NCBI GenBank assembly: GCA_963749495.1
Contig: CAVVMW010000004.1
Span: 384,001-448,000 of the forward strand
Direction: 5' to 3'
DNA from: an uncultured bacterium
GTDB taxonomy: Bacteria > Verrucomicrobiota > Verrucomicrobiia > Limisphaerales > UBA8199
Length of the DNA: 64,000 nt
The notes under the pieces are model-generated. The model was not told the origin of the DNA, ran no database searches, and saw nothing but the letters and a program-made list of their open reading frames with translations. Below are positions 41,269 to 51,625 of the stretch, one piece after another (positions within the stretch are counted from its first letter, which is position 1; every line of letters starts with the position of its first letter). Position numbers and translations under genes: made by a program.

Positions 41269-41368
41269 CCCTAGCTTCTCTCCATTGGCACAAAACCCCG
41301 CCGCAAGGTGGGGGAACTGCTCCCGCGCGGGGGCTTGATTGTGAGGCGCGGATGGGCGAAGTAAGTTC

Positions 41369-42640
41369 GTGGTTCTTTACAACGTATTTCCTTTGCTGGT
41401 GGGTCCCTTCATGAAATGGAGCCCGCATTTGCGGCGCGCGGCCGGGATGGGCTTCAACTGGGTGTTTTTCAACCCGATACAGCACGTGGGCGCGTCCCGG
41501 AGTTTGTACTCGATAGCCGATTACTTCAGGTTCAATGCCGCCCTGCTGGAGGCGGAGAGCGCGGCGCCGCCCCAGGAGCAGTTTCGCCGGATGATGGACG
41601 AGGCCCGTGCGGCGGGGCTCAAGGTCATGATCGACCTGGTCATCAACCACTGCGCGATCGATGCGCCGGTCACGCGGGAGCACCCGGAGTGGTTCCTGCG
41701 CGAGCGGGATGGGCGGGTCGCCAACGCCTTCTGCACTCACGATCACAAGAAGGTGGTCTGGAAAGACCTGGCCCAGTTCGATCACGAGCACACCCCCGAC
41801 CCGGAGGGCCTCTACCGCTACTGCCTGCGCATCGTGGAACATTTGGTGGGGCTGGGATTCGAGGGGTTCCGGTGCGACGCCGCCTACAAGGTGCCGCGGC
41901 GGTTCTGGAGGCGGCTCTTCCACGACGTGCGGCCGCGCCGCACCGACCTCTGTTTCGTGGCCGAGACGCTGGGCTGCACCGCCGACCAGACCCGGGAGAC
42001 GGCCCGCGCCGGCTTCAATTACGTGTTCAACAGCTCCAAATACTGGAACTTCCAGGACTGGTGGCTCCTGGCCCAGTACAACCTCCTGCGCGAGACGACC
42101 CTCTCGATCAGCTTCCCCGAGAGCCACGACACCGCCCGGCTCTGCGCCGAGTGCAACGGCAACCTCAACGCGATGAAACAGCGCTACCTCTTTGCCGCCC
42201 TCTTCTCGGCCGGGCTGATGATGCCCATCGGTTTCGAGTACGGCTTCTCCAAACCGCTGCACGTCGTCAAGACCACGCCCGCCGACTGGGAGACCACCGG
42301 CATCGATTTGTGCGGCTACATCGCCAAGGTCAATGCCATCAAGAAGACCTATCCCATCTTCCTGGAGGAGAGCCCCACCCAACTCCTGCACTCGCCCAAC
42401 CCCAACGTGCTCCTGATGTGGAAGGGCTCGGTCAAGCACCCGGACGAGGCCCTGCTCATCCTCAACAAGGACCCGGTCAATTACCAGGAGTTCTACACCG
42501 AGCACCTCCGCCAGTTCACCCAGTCGGGCGCCCCGCTGCGCGACGTTTCCCCCGAATACCCGCTCGATTACATCCACCAGCCGTTCCACTACGCCTTGCG
42601 CCCCGGCCAAGGGATCGTGCTGGTGACGTCACGGACCTGA
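41369..42640 (+). CDS. Alpha-amylase family (GH13) protein
   Basis: DLVINH, GFRCDAA, FVAE, ESHD conserved regions I-IV; GTG start. Confidence 0.9.
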   Translation: MVLYNVFPLLVGPFMKWSPHLRRAAGMGFNWVFFNPIQHVGASRSLYSIADYFRFNAALLEAESAAPPQEQFRRMMDEARAAGLKVMIDLVINHCAIDAPVTREHPEWFLRERDGRVANAFCTHDHKKVVWKDLAQFDHEHTPDPEGLYRYCLRIVEHLVGLGFEGFRCDAAYKVPRRFWRRLFHDVRPRRTDLCFVAETLGCTADQTRETARAGFNYVFNSSKYWNFQDWWLLAQYNLLRETTLSISFPESHDTARLCAECNGNLNAMKQRYLFAALFSAGLMMPIGFEYGFSKPLHVVKTTPADWETTGIDLCGYIAKVNAIKKTYPIFLEESPTQLLHSPNPNVLLMWKGSVKHPDEALLILNKDPVNYQEFYTEHLRQFTQSGAPLRDVSPEYPLDYIHQPFHYALRPGQGIVLVTSRT

Positions 42641-42662
42641 CCCCATCGGCTGCGGCGCGATG

Positions 42663-42795
42663 GGAGTGCGCCCGTCCTCGGGCGCAGCGACGTCCGCAGC
42701 CCGGGCAGCGGTCAATCTATCAGTCCATCAATCCATCGTGCGCTCTGGCGCGCCGCCTGCTCCGTCGCTGCTGCGCCCGGGGACGGGCGCACTCC
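42663..42795. repeat. REP-like long palindrome, same family as 1391-1500
   Basis: Near-identical arms, different loop. Confidence 0.85.
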
Positions 42796-42819
42796 GGGGG
42801 CAGCGTCCGGATACGCCCC

Positions 42820-43922
42820 TTAGACGCCCGGCTGCGCCTTGAGGACCTCGACCATGGCGACGATGTTCTCCGGGGGCACGTCGCGCGGCACATCATGGGC
42901 CGGGGCAAAGATGTAGCCGCCCTGGCTGCCGGCATCCAGGAGCCGGCGAGTTTGCTCGCGCACCTGGGCGGGGCTGCCAAAGGGCAGCGTCTGCTGGATG
43001 CTCATCCCGCCATGGAAGGCGAGTCTGCCCCGGTGGCGGCGCAGTTCCTGGAAGACGTCCATCACTTCCGGCTGGAACGGGTTGAAGCAGTTCAGGCCCA
43101 TCTCGGCCAGGTCGTCGAAGAGTTCCTGCACCTTGCCGCAGGAGTGCAAGGAGATGAGCTTGCCGGCGGCCCGCACCGGGGCGAAGAGCCGGGCCAACCG
43201 CGGTTTGATGAACTTGCGCCAGTTGGGCGCTCCCAGGACCAGGCCGGTCTGCATGCCGTAGTCGTCGCCGAAATGGACGCAATCGACGCCCAGGGCCAGG
43301 GCCTTGCGCACCATGACCAGCCCGTGCTCGGTGATGGCGTCGAGCAACCGCTCGAACATCGCCGGGCGCTGCAGCATGTCCACGAACAGGTCCTCCATCC
43401 CGCGCAGAGCCCAGGCGCGCTCCACCAGGGCCATGCCCAGGCTGTAGCGCGTGAAGAGGCCCTGGTGCGCGGCCAGTTGCTCGGCCAGGCCCGCGTAAAG
43501 CCCGTCCTCCCCGGCATCCGGCAACCGGTAATGGTCCAGGTCGCCCGGCGAACGCAGCGGCCAGGACAAAGGCGTGCCGATGTCCTTGTCGATGCTGCGG
43601 TCCCACGTCACGCCGTAGCGGTCGCGCACGCGGGTGGCATCGAGCAGCTCGAAGCTGCGGAGCTTGCAGCGCACGTCGAACATGTGGTTGCCGAAAAAGC
43701 CCTCCAGGTCTTCGGTGCCCAGGTGCTGCTTGAGCCGCACCGCGCAGTCGGCCGTCAGGCGGATGTGCCACGGCACGTAGGCCGGCCGGAGGAAGCCAAT
43801 CGCATCCAGGACCACCTGCCGCCTGTCGGGGCCCCTTTCTGCCCGCCCGGGGCGGGGCCTGCCGGGCCGGGAGAAGCGGCTGTGGAAAACGGAAGTGGGA
43901 GCGGTTGATCGGTCGTGCTCAT
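42820..43922 (-). CDS. Uroporphyrinogen decarboxylase-family protein (start uncertain, probable frameshift near 43825)
   Basis: D.YGVTW, ERAW.LRGME, GDDYG.Q, HSCG, NPFQPE, GGYIFAPAH....D.P.EN. Confidence 0.85.
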
Positions 43923-44065
43923 CTGCCGGCGGAGCGTACCGAACCTCGAGAGGAGGGTCAAGGCGTAACGCTCAACATGAAGCGTCCCGGTGCCGAGCTG
44001 GTTGGTGCTTGATTGCCCACCCCACGGATATAGTCTCCTCCAGGTGGGCAACGGGCTTTTGTTCC

Positions 44066-44739
44066 CGGCCCAAAGGGCCGCCAGAGCCTAGCCCAGGGCT
44101 GAGGCCGTCAGGCCGATGCCCTGGGTAAACGGTGGGCGAAACCACACGCGCCCTGACAGGGCGCCAGAAGCCAAAGCTTATGCCGCAATCGCTTGCCAAA
44201 ATCTACACCCACCTGATCTTCTCCACGAAGCACCGGGAACCTTGCCTGACCGATGATATCCGCCTGGACCTGCAGGCCTATTTGGGCGGGACGCTCAACG
44301 GGTTGGCTTGCATTCCGATCGAAATCAACTCCGAGCCCGAGCACGTGCACGCACTTTTCCTCCTCGGCCGGACGATCGCGCTCAGCGATGCCATCGGAAA
44401 ACTCAAGACCAGTTCCAATGATTGGCTGCGGGGGAGGGGCGCCCGGTTTGCGCAGTTTCATTGGCAGGGCGGTTACGGAGCCTTCTCCGTCAGCCAATCG
44501 GGTGTGGAGGAGCTTCGCCGGTACATACGGAACCAGCGCGAGCACCATAAGAAGGTATCCTTCCAGGACGAGTTCCGGGCCTTTCTGCGCCGGTATGAGA
44601 TTGAATACGACGAGCGGTATGTGTGGGATTGAGGCCTCTGGCGCCCCTTGAGGGCGCGGGATCCGGTTCCGGGGCGCAACCCAGGGCATCGGCCTGGCGG
44701 CCTCAGCCCTGGGCTAGGCTCTGCCGGCCCCTCGGGCCG
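44066..44739 (+). mobile_element. REP-flanked Y1 transposase locus (IS200-like/RAYT)
   Basis: About 100-bp inverted arms built of hairpins (GGCCC..GGGCC, CCCAGGGC...GCCCTGGG, CGCCC...GGGCG) on both sides of tnpA. Confidence 0.85.
44180..44632 (+). CDS. tnpA: IS200/IS605-family Y1 (HUH) transposase
   Basis: HLIFSTK.R, EHVH (HUH), K..S..W, WQGGYGAFSVS, YIRNQ.EHH. Confidence 0.93.
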   Translation: MPQSLAKIYTHLIFSTKHREPCLTDDIRLDLQAYLGGTLNGLACIPIEINSEPEHVHALFLLGRTIALSDAIGKLKTSSNDWLRGRGARFAQFHWQGGYGAFSVSQSGVEELRRYIRNQREHHKKVSFQDEFRAFLRRYEIEYDERYVWD

Positions 44740-44822
44740 CGACAGGGGCACGCGTCGGCATTGGAGTGCCCCGAGTCACGGCCATTGACGGCGGGCGCCC
44801 GGGCACGCAGGATAAAGGCGGC

Positions 44823-45677
44823 ATGAAGCTCCTACCGATGCACGTGTTGTTGCAGGCCGCCTGGCAAGGCGGCTACGCAGTGCCTTCCTTTTGCGCCTGG
44901 AACGCGGAAGTCACCGAGACGGTCCTCCAGGCGGCGCAAGGGCTGAAGGCGCCGGTAATCCTGATGAGCGGCCCGGGGGAGTTCGGGCTGAATTCGCCGG
45001 ACACGCTGGCGCGGCTGTCGAGGGCGCTCATCGAGAAGTACGATGTTTTCGCCGCCTTACACCTCGACCACGGGGATTCGCCGGAGATGGTGGAGACGTG
45101 CCTGACGGCCGGCTACACGTCGGTGATGCTGGACTATTCCACGCGGCCGTTCGCGGAGAACGTTGCAGCGCTCCAGGCGGTGGTCAAGCGCGCCCGCCGC
45201 TTCGGCGTGACGGTCGAGGGGGAAATCGGCTGTGTCGGACGAGTTGACGATCTGAGCGTGGAAGGCGGCACGACCTCGACGCTGACGGACCCGCCGGATG
45301 CGGCGCGCTACGCGGAGGAGACCGGGGTGGACGCCCTGGCGGTATCCATCGGCAACGCGCACGGCCTCTACACCCGGCTGCCGGTCTTTGACTTTGAACG
45401 CCTGGAGAAAATCCGCAAGCTGGTCCGGGTGCCCTTGGTGCTGCACGGCGGCTCCGGCACGCAGCCCGAATACCTGCGCAAGGCGGTGGCGCTGGGCATG
45501 GCCAAGATCAATGTCGCCAGCGAGTTGTGCCAGGCCTTCCGCGCTGCCTATGCCCAGGCGGACGCGGCGGGCAAGACCCCGTGGGTGCCCATGGCCCTGA
45601 GCGCCGTCAAACCCGCCATCGGCCAAGTCGTGGAAAAGTGGATTAAGCTCTGCGGAGCCGATGGAAAGGCGGGGTGA
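44823..45677 (+). CDS. Class II fructose/tagatose-bisphosphate aldolase
   Basis: HLDHG, YTSVMLD.S, VEGEIG, LAVSIGNAHG.Y, LVLHGGSG, KINV. Confidence 0.93.
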   Translation: MKLLPMHVLLQAAWQGGYAVPSFCAWNAEVTETVLQAAQGLKAPVILMSGPGEFGLNSPDTLARLSRALIEKYDVFAALHLDHGDSPEMVETCLTAGYTSVMLDYSTRPFAENVAALQAVVKRARRFGVTVEGEIGCVGRVDDLSVEGGTTSTLTDPPDAARYAEETGVDALAVSIGNAHGLYTRLPVFDFERLEKIRKLVRVPLVLHGGSGTQPEYLRKAVALGMAKINVASELCQAFRAAYAQADAAGKTPWVPMALSAVKPAIGQVVEKWIKLCGADGKAG

Positions 45678-45688
45678 GGCGGGATCGA

Positions 45689-45856
45689 AATGACGAATGA
45701 CGAATGACGAATGACGAATGGACCGAATGCGGAGTGCGGAATGCCCGTCCTCCGTAGCAGTGCTACTGCGGAGGGTGGACGGAGTGCGGAGTGTTCCGGT
45801 GGGAATGTTGGGTCTGGATTGCGGCGCGGCCAATGACGAATGACGAATGACGAATA
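45689..45856. repeat. Mixed repeat tract: (AATGACG)n, GCGGAGT units and an internal hairpin
   Basis: Read directly; hairpin CCTCCGTAGCAGTGCTACTGCGGAGG. Confidence 0.75.
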
Positions 45857-45885
45857 AGGGAACTCTCAGCTATTCTTAGTCGCCT

Positions 45886-46594
45886 ATGGTAATTGAACCG
45901 ACTGTCCAACACACTGGCCTGCAAAGCCGCAGGCAATTCATCAAACAATCAGGCGCCATCGCGGGCGCGGCCGGGCTGGGCCTGGCCCTGAGCCCCCAGT
46001 TGGCGGCCCAGAGCGGGGGGGCCAATGACAGGGTCGTCTTCGGCCTCATCGGCTGCGGCACGATGGGCCGCGAGAACATGCGCCACTTCCTGGGGCTCAA
46101 CCAGCCCGTGGCCGCCGTTTGCGACGTGGACCAGAGCCACGCCGAGCGGGCGGCAGGCGAGGTGACCAAGGCGGGCCAGCCCGCGCCAAAGCAGTTCAAG
46201 GACTTCCGGCAACTGCTCGAGCAAAAGGACATCAACGCGGTCATTATCGGCACGCCCGACCATTGGCACGCCCTGACCTTCATCGCCGCCTGCGAGGCGG
46301 GCAAGGACATCTATTGCGAGAAGCCGATCTCGCACAGCCTGGTCGAGGCCAAGGCGATGCTGGGCGCGGCCCGCCACTTCAACCGGGTCGTCCAAATCGG
46401 CACCTGGCAGCGCAGCATGAAGCACTTCCAAGACCACGATCGTCTGTCACCTGGGCAATATCGCCTTGCAGTCCGGCAAGCTCATCCATTGGGACGCGGG
46501 GCGGGTGGATGTGTCCAATCCGCAGGATGTCAGGAATTGCGTCTCCTACGAACGTGAATACCGCAGCCCGTGGAAGCTCGCGATTTATAGCTAG
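45886..46594 (+). pseudogene. Tat-exported Gfo/Idh/MocA oxidoreductase with large internal deletion
   Basis: SRRQFIK Tat motif, IGCG.MG, TPDHWH, YCEKP, QIG.WQRS, then an out-of-frame jump near 46432 to the terminal CHLGNIA...W...YR.PW. Confidence 0.85.
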
Positions 46595-46622
46595 AGCCTG
46601 TCCCAAGAGATCTGATTCCGGA

Positions 46623-46737
46623 CCTTTGTCGCAGCCTTTGTCGGCACCTTTGTCTCAACCTTTGTCGGCACCTTTGTCGGCACCTTTGTCGAAAATGGGC
46701 CAATGCGACAAAGGCTGCGACAAAGGTCGCGACAAAG
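46623..46737. repeat. CCTTTGTCG 12-bp unit x6 with 3 inverted units
   Basis: Read directly, between convergent stops. Confidence 0.85.
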
Positions 46738-46748
46738 TCTTCTCTCAG

Positions 46749-47903
46749 CTAGCCCTTGGCCATGCCGTCGGTGAAGGTGGCGGTGGTCAGGGACATGCCG
46801 GCCAGGTGGTCGTTGACCCATTTGATGCCGGCGCTGCAGGCGCCCAGCAGGTGCGGCGCCGGGGCGGTCAGGGGCAGGATGCTGTCTTCGGCCTCGCTGA
46901 AGATCGGCATGACGTCGCCGCCACTGATGGCGCAAAAGCGGTCGCCGACGCCGATGGCCAAGAGCATCTTGGCATAGCTTTGGAGGTTGACCTCGCCCTC
47001 GCCGTGGCCGCAGAACTGGTGTCCGCGCTGGGGCCAGTCCTCGGTGATCATGAGCGTGGAGGCGCCGTCGAGGCACTTGAAATTCTTGGCATGGCTGCCG
47101 ACCACGCGCGGGGCGACAAACGGGCTGGTGAACCGCTGGGTCCATTTCTCCCCGGCCCAACAGTGGCTGGGGTCGCCCCAGACGCACAGGCAGCGGTCGT
47201 AGTCGGTGGCCATCAACAGCAGGCCGAAATCGCGGGAGCAGATGGCGCCGGTGCCGGGGTGGATTTCGTGGGCCAGGTAGGCGCCCAACTTGTTTGCCCG
47301 GGCGCGGATGGGCGCCGTCTTGTCCCGGAACCGCTCCAACCCCTGGGCCATCATGGCGTCCCAGCCGAAGAACCACGGGTAGCCGCTGTGCAGGACCGGG
47401 TGGCCCCACAGCCCCCAGAACCAGCCGAAGATGTGAATGCCGGCGGCGGCGCCCGTCTCAAGCAGGCCCAGGATGTAGTCTTGCGACCAGTCCTCGACGA
47501 ACTGCGCGCCTTTGGCCAGGACGGGCGCCGGCACGAATTTCTCGGCGTACTCCAGGCCCCACTTTGCGCTCAGGTGCGCGTAGGCGGCGCAATGGGCGCT
47601 GATGGTGGGCGCTACGATGCCCAGCGCCCCCAGGACCTGCCGCACCTCCTTGGGGTTCCGCAAGACAATACGGCAGTTCTCCCCGTGACCGGGCCCGTTT
47701 AACAGGTAGTTGGTAATCATGATGGAACGGGCGCCGGACTCCGTGGCGTACTGGCCCACGGCCTCCAGCGTCTTGAAGGTCCCGGCGAGTTGGCCGGTTT
47801 CAACTCCGGCCACGAGGCTGACCTGCCTGCCGCAACCGAGGCCCAGCCGAGCACGATTCGGATCGAAATAAGCGTTCAGTTCTTTGAAGAATAGCGGATT
47901 CAT
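46749..47903 (-). CDS. Sugar phosphate isomerase/epimerase (xylose isomerase-like TIM barrel)
   Basis: AHEIHPG, DPSH, HAK, G.GEVN, E.ED metal-site pattern. Confidence 0.75.
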   Translation of the reverse strand: MNPLFFKELNAYFDPNRARLGLGCGRQVSLVAGVETGQLAGTFKTLEAVGQYATESGARSIMITNYLLNGPGHGENCRIVLRNPKEVRQVLGALGIVAPTISAHCAAYAHLSAKWGLEYAEKFVPAPVLAKGAQFVEDWSQDYILGLLETGAAAGIHIFGWFWGLWGHPVLHSGYPWFFGWDAMMAQGLERFRDKTAPIRARANKLGAYLAHEIHPGTGAICSRDFGLLLMATDYDRCLCVWGDPSHCWAGEKWTQRFTSPFVAPRVVGSHAKNFKCLDGASTLMITEDWPQRGHQFCGHGEGEVNLQSYAKMLLAIGVGDRFCAISGGDVMPIFSEAEDSILPLTAPAPHLLGACSAGIKWVNDHLAGMSLTTATFTDGMAKG

Positions 47904-47945
47904 AGTGCCCCTATTCTTAGCCCACCGCTCATAGGTTTCCAGACA

Positions 47946-48038
47946 AATCCGAAATCCGAAAACCGGAACTGGCAGAAAGATGGGATGGCAGGAAAATAAA
48001 AAGAAACCATCTTTCTGCCAGTTTCGGATTTCGGATTT
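47946..48038. repeat. Nested inverted repeats (AAATCCG)n and CTGGCAGAAAGATGG between divergent genes
   Basis: Read directly. Confidence 0.75.
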
Positions 48039-48054
48039 GCCTGGTTTCACTGAG

Positions 48055-48801
48055 ATGGCGATTGTTCAATGGTCCGGCCAAGTTATGGATGAGACCGCTG
48101 AATCGGAAGTGCATGTCTGGTCGCTCTCGCTGGGTCTGACGCCGGCGGCCCTGGCAGATGCCGCCTCGCTCCTGGACCCGGCTGAAGCCGAGCGGGCCGC
48201 CCGCTTCCGCTTCGAGCGCGACCGCCATCGCTTCATCGCCGGGCGCGGACAATTGCGCGCCATCCTGGGCTCTTGCCTCAAGGCGGACCCGGCCGGGCTC
48301 CAGTTTGGCTGCGGCCCGCAAGGCAAACCGGTCCTTGCGGGCGCCGGGTCCCGCGCCAACTGGCATTTCAATCTCACGCACTCGGCCGACCTGGCCCTGC
48401 TCGCCCTGACCCGCTGCGGACCGGTCGGCATCGATGTGGAACGAATCCGCCCCATGACCGATGCCGGCCGGCTGGTCGCGCGCTTTTTCTCACCGCGCGA
48501 AAGCGCGGCCTTCCAGGCCCTGCCTGCGGAGCAGCAACCGGCGGCCTTTTTCAATCTCTGGACCCGGAAGGAGGCCTGGCTCAAGGCAACCGGCCGGGGC
48601 CTCTCCCAGTCCCTGGCACTGGTGGAGGTCTCCTTTGTGCCGGGTGAACCGGCCCGGCTGCTGGGCCTGCCCGGGGGCGCGGAGGCCCTGTTGCGCTGGC
48701 GGCTCGATGATCTGGCCCCTGCCCCGGGCTTCGCCGGGGCGCTCGTGGCCCCCGCCCAGGCACAGCCGCAGCCGCTCAGGCAGTGGAGGGGCGGCCAGTA
48801 A
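48055..48801 (+). CDS. Sfp-type 4'-phosphopantetheinyl transferase
   Basis: E..RA.RF, GKP, FNLTHS, VGIDVE, FF.LWTRKEA.LKATG.GL. Confidence 0.93.
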   Translation: MAIVQWSGQVMDETAESEVHVWSLSLGLTPAALADAASLLDPAEAERAARFRFERDRHRFIAGRGQLRAILGSCLKADPAGLQFGCGPQGKPVLAGAGSRANWHFNLTHSADLALLALTRCGPVGIDVERIRPMTDAGRLVARFFSPRESAAFQALPAEQQPAAFFNLWTRKEAWLKATGRGLSQSLALVEVSFVPGEPARLLGLPGGAEALLRWRLDDLAPAPGFAGALVAPAQAQPQPLRQWRGGQ

Positions 48802-48899
48802 ACCTCGTTTCGGGAGCAACCGGAAACGAGGGGCGAGGGGTAGCCGGCCAGTGCAGCCGGAAACGGAGTGCGGGGGCGACCCCTCACCCCGGCCCTCTC

Positions 48900-49121
48900 G
48901 GTCCACGGTTCAGGGCGTGGGAATGGTCACGCGTCGCGTAGCGACGCAGTGAAGGTAGCCGTGGACCTTGGTCCACGGTTCAGGACGTGGGAATGGTCAC
49001 GCGTCGCGTAGCGACGCCTGACAGCGTCGCGGTTTTCAGGCGTCGCTACGCGACGCGGTCGAGCTTGGGCGGTGGGTCCGTGGACTGGAAGTCCACGGCT
49101 ACCATCGGGCACCGCTACGCG
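48900..49121. repeat. REP cluster (GCGTCGCGTAGCGACGC type) with a 48-bp internal duplication
   Basis: GGTCCACGGTTCAGG.CGTGGGAATGGTCACGCGTCGCGTAGCGACGC at 48900 and 48970; GGTAGCCGTGGAC...GTCCACGG hairpins. Confidence 0.8.
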
Positions 49122-49150
49122 GTGAGCCGGGGGCAATGACGCCCCCGCCT

Positions 49151-50177
49151 TCACCCGCACTCGTGCGGGCTGTGCGGATGAACTGGCGTCCAGTGCGGGA
49201 GGTTGAGGGCCACCTGCTTTTCTTCGGCCAGGAAGATCGAATCGCGATTGGCCGCCATTGCTTTGAGCTGCGCGACGGCGTCGGCATCGAGCGGGGTAAA
49301 GCGCTTGGCTCCCTCGATGGTCCGGTCGAGCAAGTCGAAGTAGGAGGGAGGGATGCCGGCCACAACGCCGGGCTGCGAGAGGGTGAAGCGCATGGCCAGC
49401 TCGACATCCTTGAGGTCCTCGACCGTGCGGTACCACCACTGGCGATCCTTTTGGGCGGCTTTGGGCCATGCGCCCCAGGAGAGCGGTTTGATGGCGAGCA
49501 CGGCCGCGCCCTGCTCGTTGGCCAGGGCCAGCACCTCCTGGCCGAAGCCGCGCGTGTAAAACTCCACGAAATTGATCGGGAACATCACGGTGTCGAACTT
49601 GAACCCCTTGAGGGCCTCGATGGCCGCCTTGGTGGTATGGGCGGAGAAGCCGATGTGCTTGATCTTGCCCTCGTCGCGGGCCTTGAGAAAGGTCTCGAGG
49701 GCGCCGCCGGGGCCCAGTGCCTGCTTCACGGCGGCGGGTTGGACCAAGTGGTGCAACTGGTAGAGGTCGAGGTGATCGGTCTTGAGCTTTCTCAGGGAAT
49801 CCTCCAGTTCCTTGCGGGCGCCTTCTTTGTCGCGCTGCTTGGTTTTGCAGGCCAGGAAATAGCGGCTGCGGTCCAGCCCCTGGAGGCCGATCCCCATCCG
49901 GGTCTGGGCCTCGCCATACGCGGGGGCCACGTCGAAGTAGTTCACCCCCCGTTCGAAGGCGTCGTGGAGCGCGGCAGTCCCTTTCTCCTGGTCGTCTTGG
50001 TTGAGCGCCAGGCCGGGGAAGCCGACCACCGAGAGTTTTTGCCCGGTCCGGCCCAGGACGCGCCGGGGCAGGCCCGACACGGCCTGGGCAGACGTTTGCG
50101 CGAAGACCTGCGGAACGCCCAAAGCCGTCACGCCGGCGACGCTGCCCACAGTCTTGAGGAATGCTTCTTCGTTTCAT
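49151..50177 (-). CDS. Tat-signal aldo/keto reductase; frameshift near 50162
   Basis: LPRRVLGRTG, GVNYFDVAP.YG, SL.KLKTDHLDLYQLH, GKIKHIGFSAH; removing one A gives MKRRAFLKTVG. Confidence 0.88.
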
Positions 50178-50319
50178 ACGATCTTCAGTTGGAACTTTGT
50201 ATCGGAGCTATTCTCCCTCACTTGGCCCTTGGGTGCAACTCTGTCCCGGCGCGGCGGCGCGGCAGAGCCGGGGCCATTGACAAAGTCGCTCGGCGCGCCT
50301 GTGCGCCAGGGGCGCCAGC

Positions 50320-50454
50320 GTAGCGCAGGTTTCCAAACCTGCTGTGTCGCGGGTTTCCAAACCCGCAGGCCGTCCGCAAACCGGGGGCGCTCGACATGCC
50401 GAGGGCCTGCCGATTGGAAATCGGCGATACAGCAGGTTTGGAAACCTGCGCTAC
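50320..50454. repeat. GTAG-type REP doublet
   Basis: Same family as 13751-13866. Confidence 0.85.
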
Positions 50455-50537
50455 AGCTTTGTCAACGGCCCTCCCGGCCGCGGTCGTGCTGCGGGATTCG
50501 GGTTGCCTTTCCCGGGAGCAATGGCAGGTTCTGGGGC

Positions 50538-50999
50538 ATGCACCTGCGCACCTTGCTCATGGCGTGGCTGGCGAGCGGCTTGCTGGCGGCAACGCTCGTT
50601 GCCGCCGAGACCTCCCCCACCAACGCCCCGGCGCCTGCAACCCCCGCCCCCGCCCGCGAGCCCGGCAAGGAGCCCGCAAAGGACAAGGCCAAGAGCAAGG
50701 AGCCGGAGGAGAAGCTGGTCCAGTCCCGGCACACGGCCACCATCGGCGGCCAGCGCCTGAACTATGCGGCCACTGCCGGGACGATCCAGTTGCGGGACGA
50801 GGACGACAAGCCCACGGCCTCGATCTTTTACATTGCCTACACGCTCAATCACCTCAACGTGGACCCCGCCCTGCTGGACAACCTCACACTGGACACCTAC
50901 ACCGCCGGGCACATGATGTACCTCAACCTGCCGGATTTGAGGAAGTCCAAGACCGACCTGGCCCGGTTCATCCGCTCCGGCTTGCCGCCAGGAAAGTAG
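50538..50999 (+). pseudogene. S10 serine carboxypeptidase with in-frame internal deletion
   Basis: Signal peptide, H...I.G..L.Y.ATAG...A.IFYIAYT fused directly to ...Y.AGHMMY; NGGPG and GESYG motifs absent. Confidence 0.82.
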
Positions 51000-51055
51000 A
51001 GTGAGGCCTGGGGCAGGCTCCCAGCCTGCCTGGCAAAACCGCTCGGACTCCAGAC

Positions 51056-51142
51056 CTTTGTCGCGGCCTTTGTCGCGGCCTTTGTCGAAGCGCAGCCAAT
51101 CCGATCCCGCTGAGCGGGATTGCGACAAAGGTCTCGACAAAG
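51056..51142. repeat. CCTTTGTCG-family REP-like element
   Basis: Three forward and two inverted units. Confidence 0.8.
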
Positions 51143-51212
51143 ATCCCCGCTCGGGGCGCTCGCGCAAACGGCGCTACACGCACCCGTCTTGCTGCACCCA
51201 ACGGTTGAGGCA

Positions 51213-51485
51213 CTACCCCTCGAAGACCTTCAACAGGCGGTTGTTGACGTAGAGCCGGCTCCGGTGGCCGACGAGCGGTTTGCGCTGCCTCTCGATGCGA
51301 ACGGTGGACTTTTCCTGTTCGCCCACCACGAACACGTCGACCTCCAGGGCCGGCTCGTTGATCAGGCGGAGGGATTTCTTGACCGGTTTTTCGTTCACCT
51401 TCACGAGCAGGGTGCCGAGGAGTTGGTTGAAGTTGTATTCCAGGCGGTGTTTCTCGGTGTCTCCGATCTCGATCACGAACTTCAT
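51213..51485 (-). CDS. Small hypothetical beta-rich protein
   Basis: Clean 90-aa ORF with GC-biased third codon positions. Confidence 0.7.
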   Translation of the reverse strand: MKFVIEIGDTEKHRLEYNFNQLLGTLLVKVNEKPVKKSLRLINEPALEVDVFVVGEQEKSTVRIERQRKPLVGHRSRLYVNNRLLKVFEG

Positions 51486-51625
51486 AAAGGTAGTTGGGCT
51501 GTTGGCCGCAAGGATTGTGCCAGTTCCGCCGGAAGGAAGAAAGGAAGCATCAGGCGCGAGCGACGTGTCCTAAAATTGGGCAGGAGTGTCCAGATTCGGC
51601 GGCCCAACGGGCCGCCAGAGCCTAG

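Noticed and set aside
48055..48801. Secondary-metabolite cluster around the PPTase
   Set aside because: No NRPS, PKS or carrier-protein genes in the window
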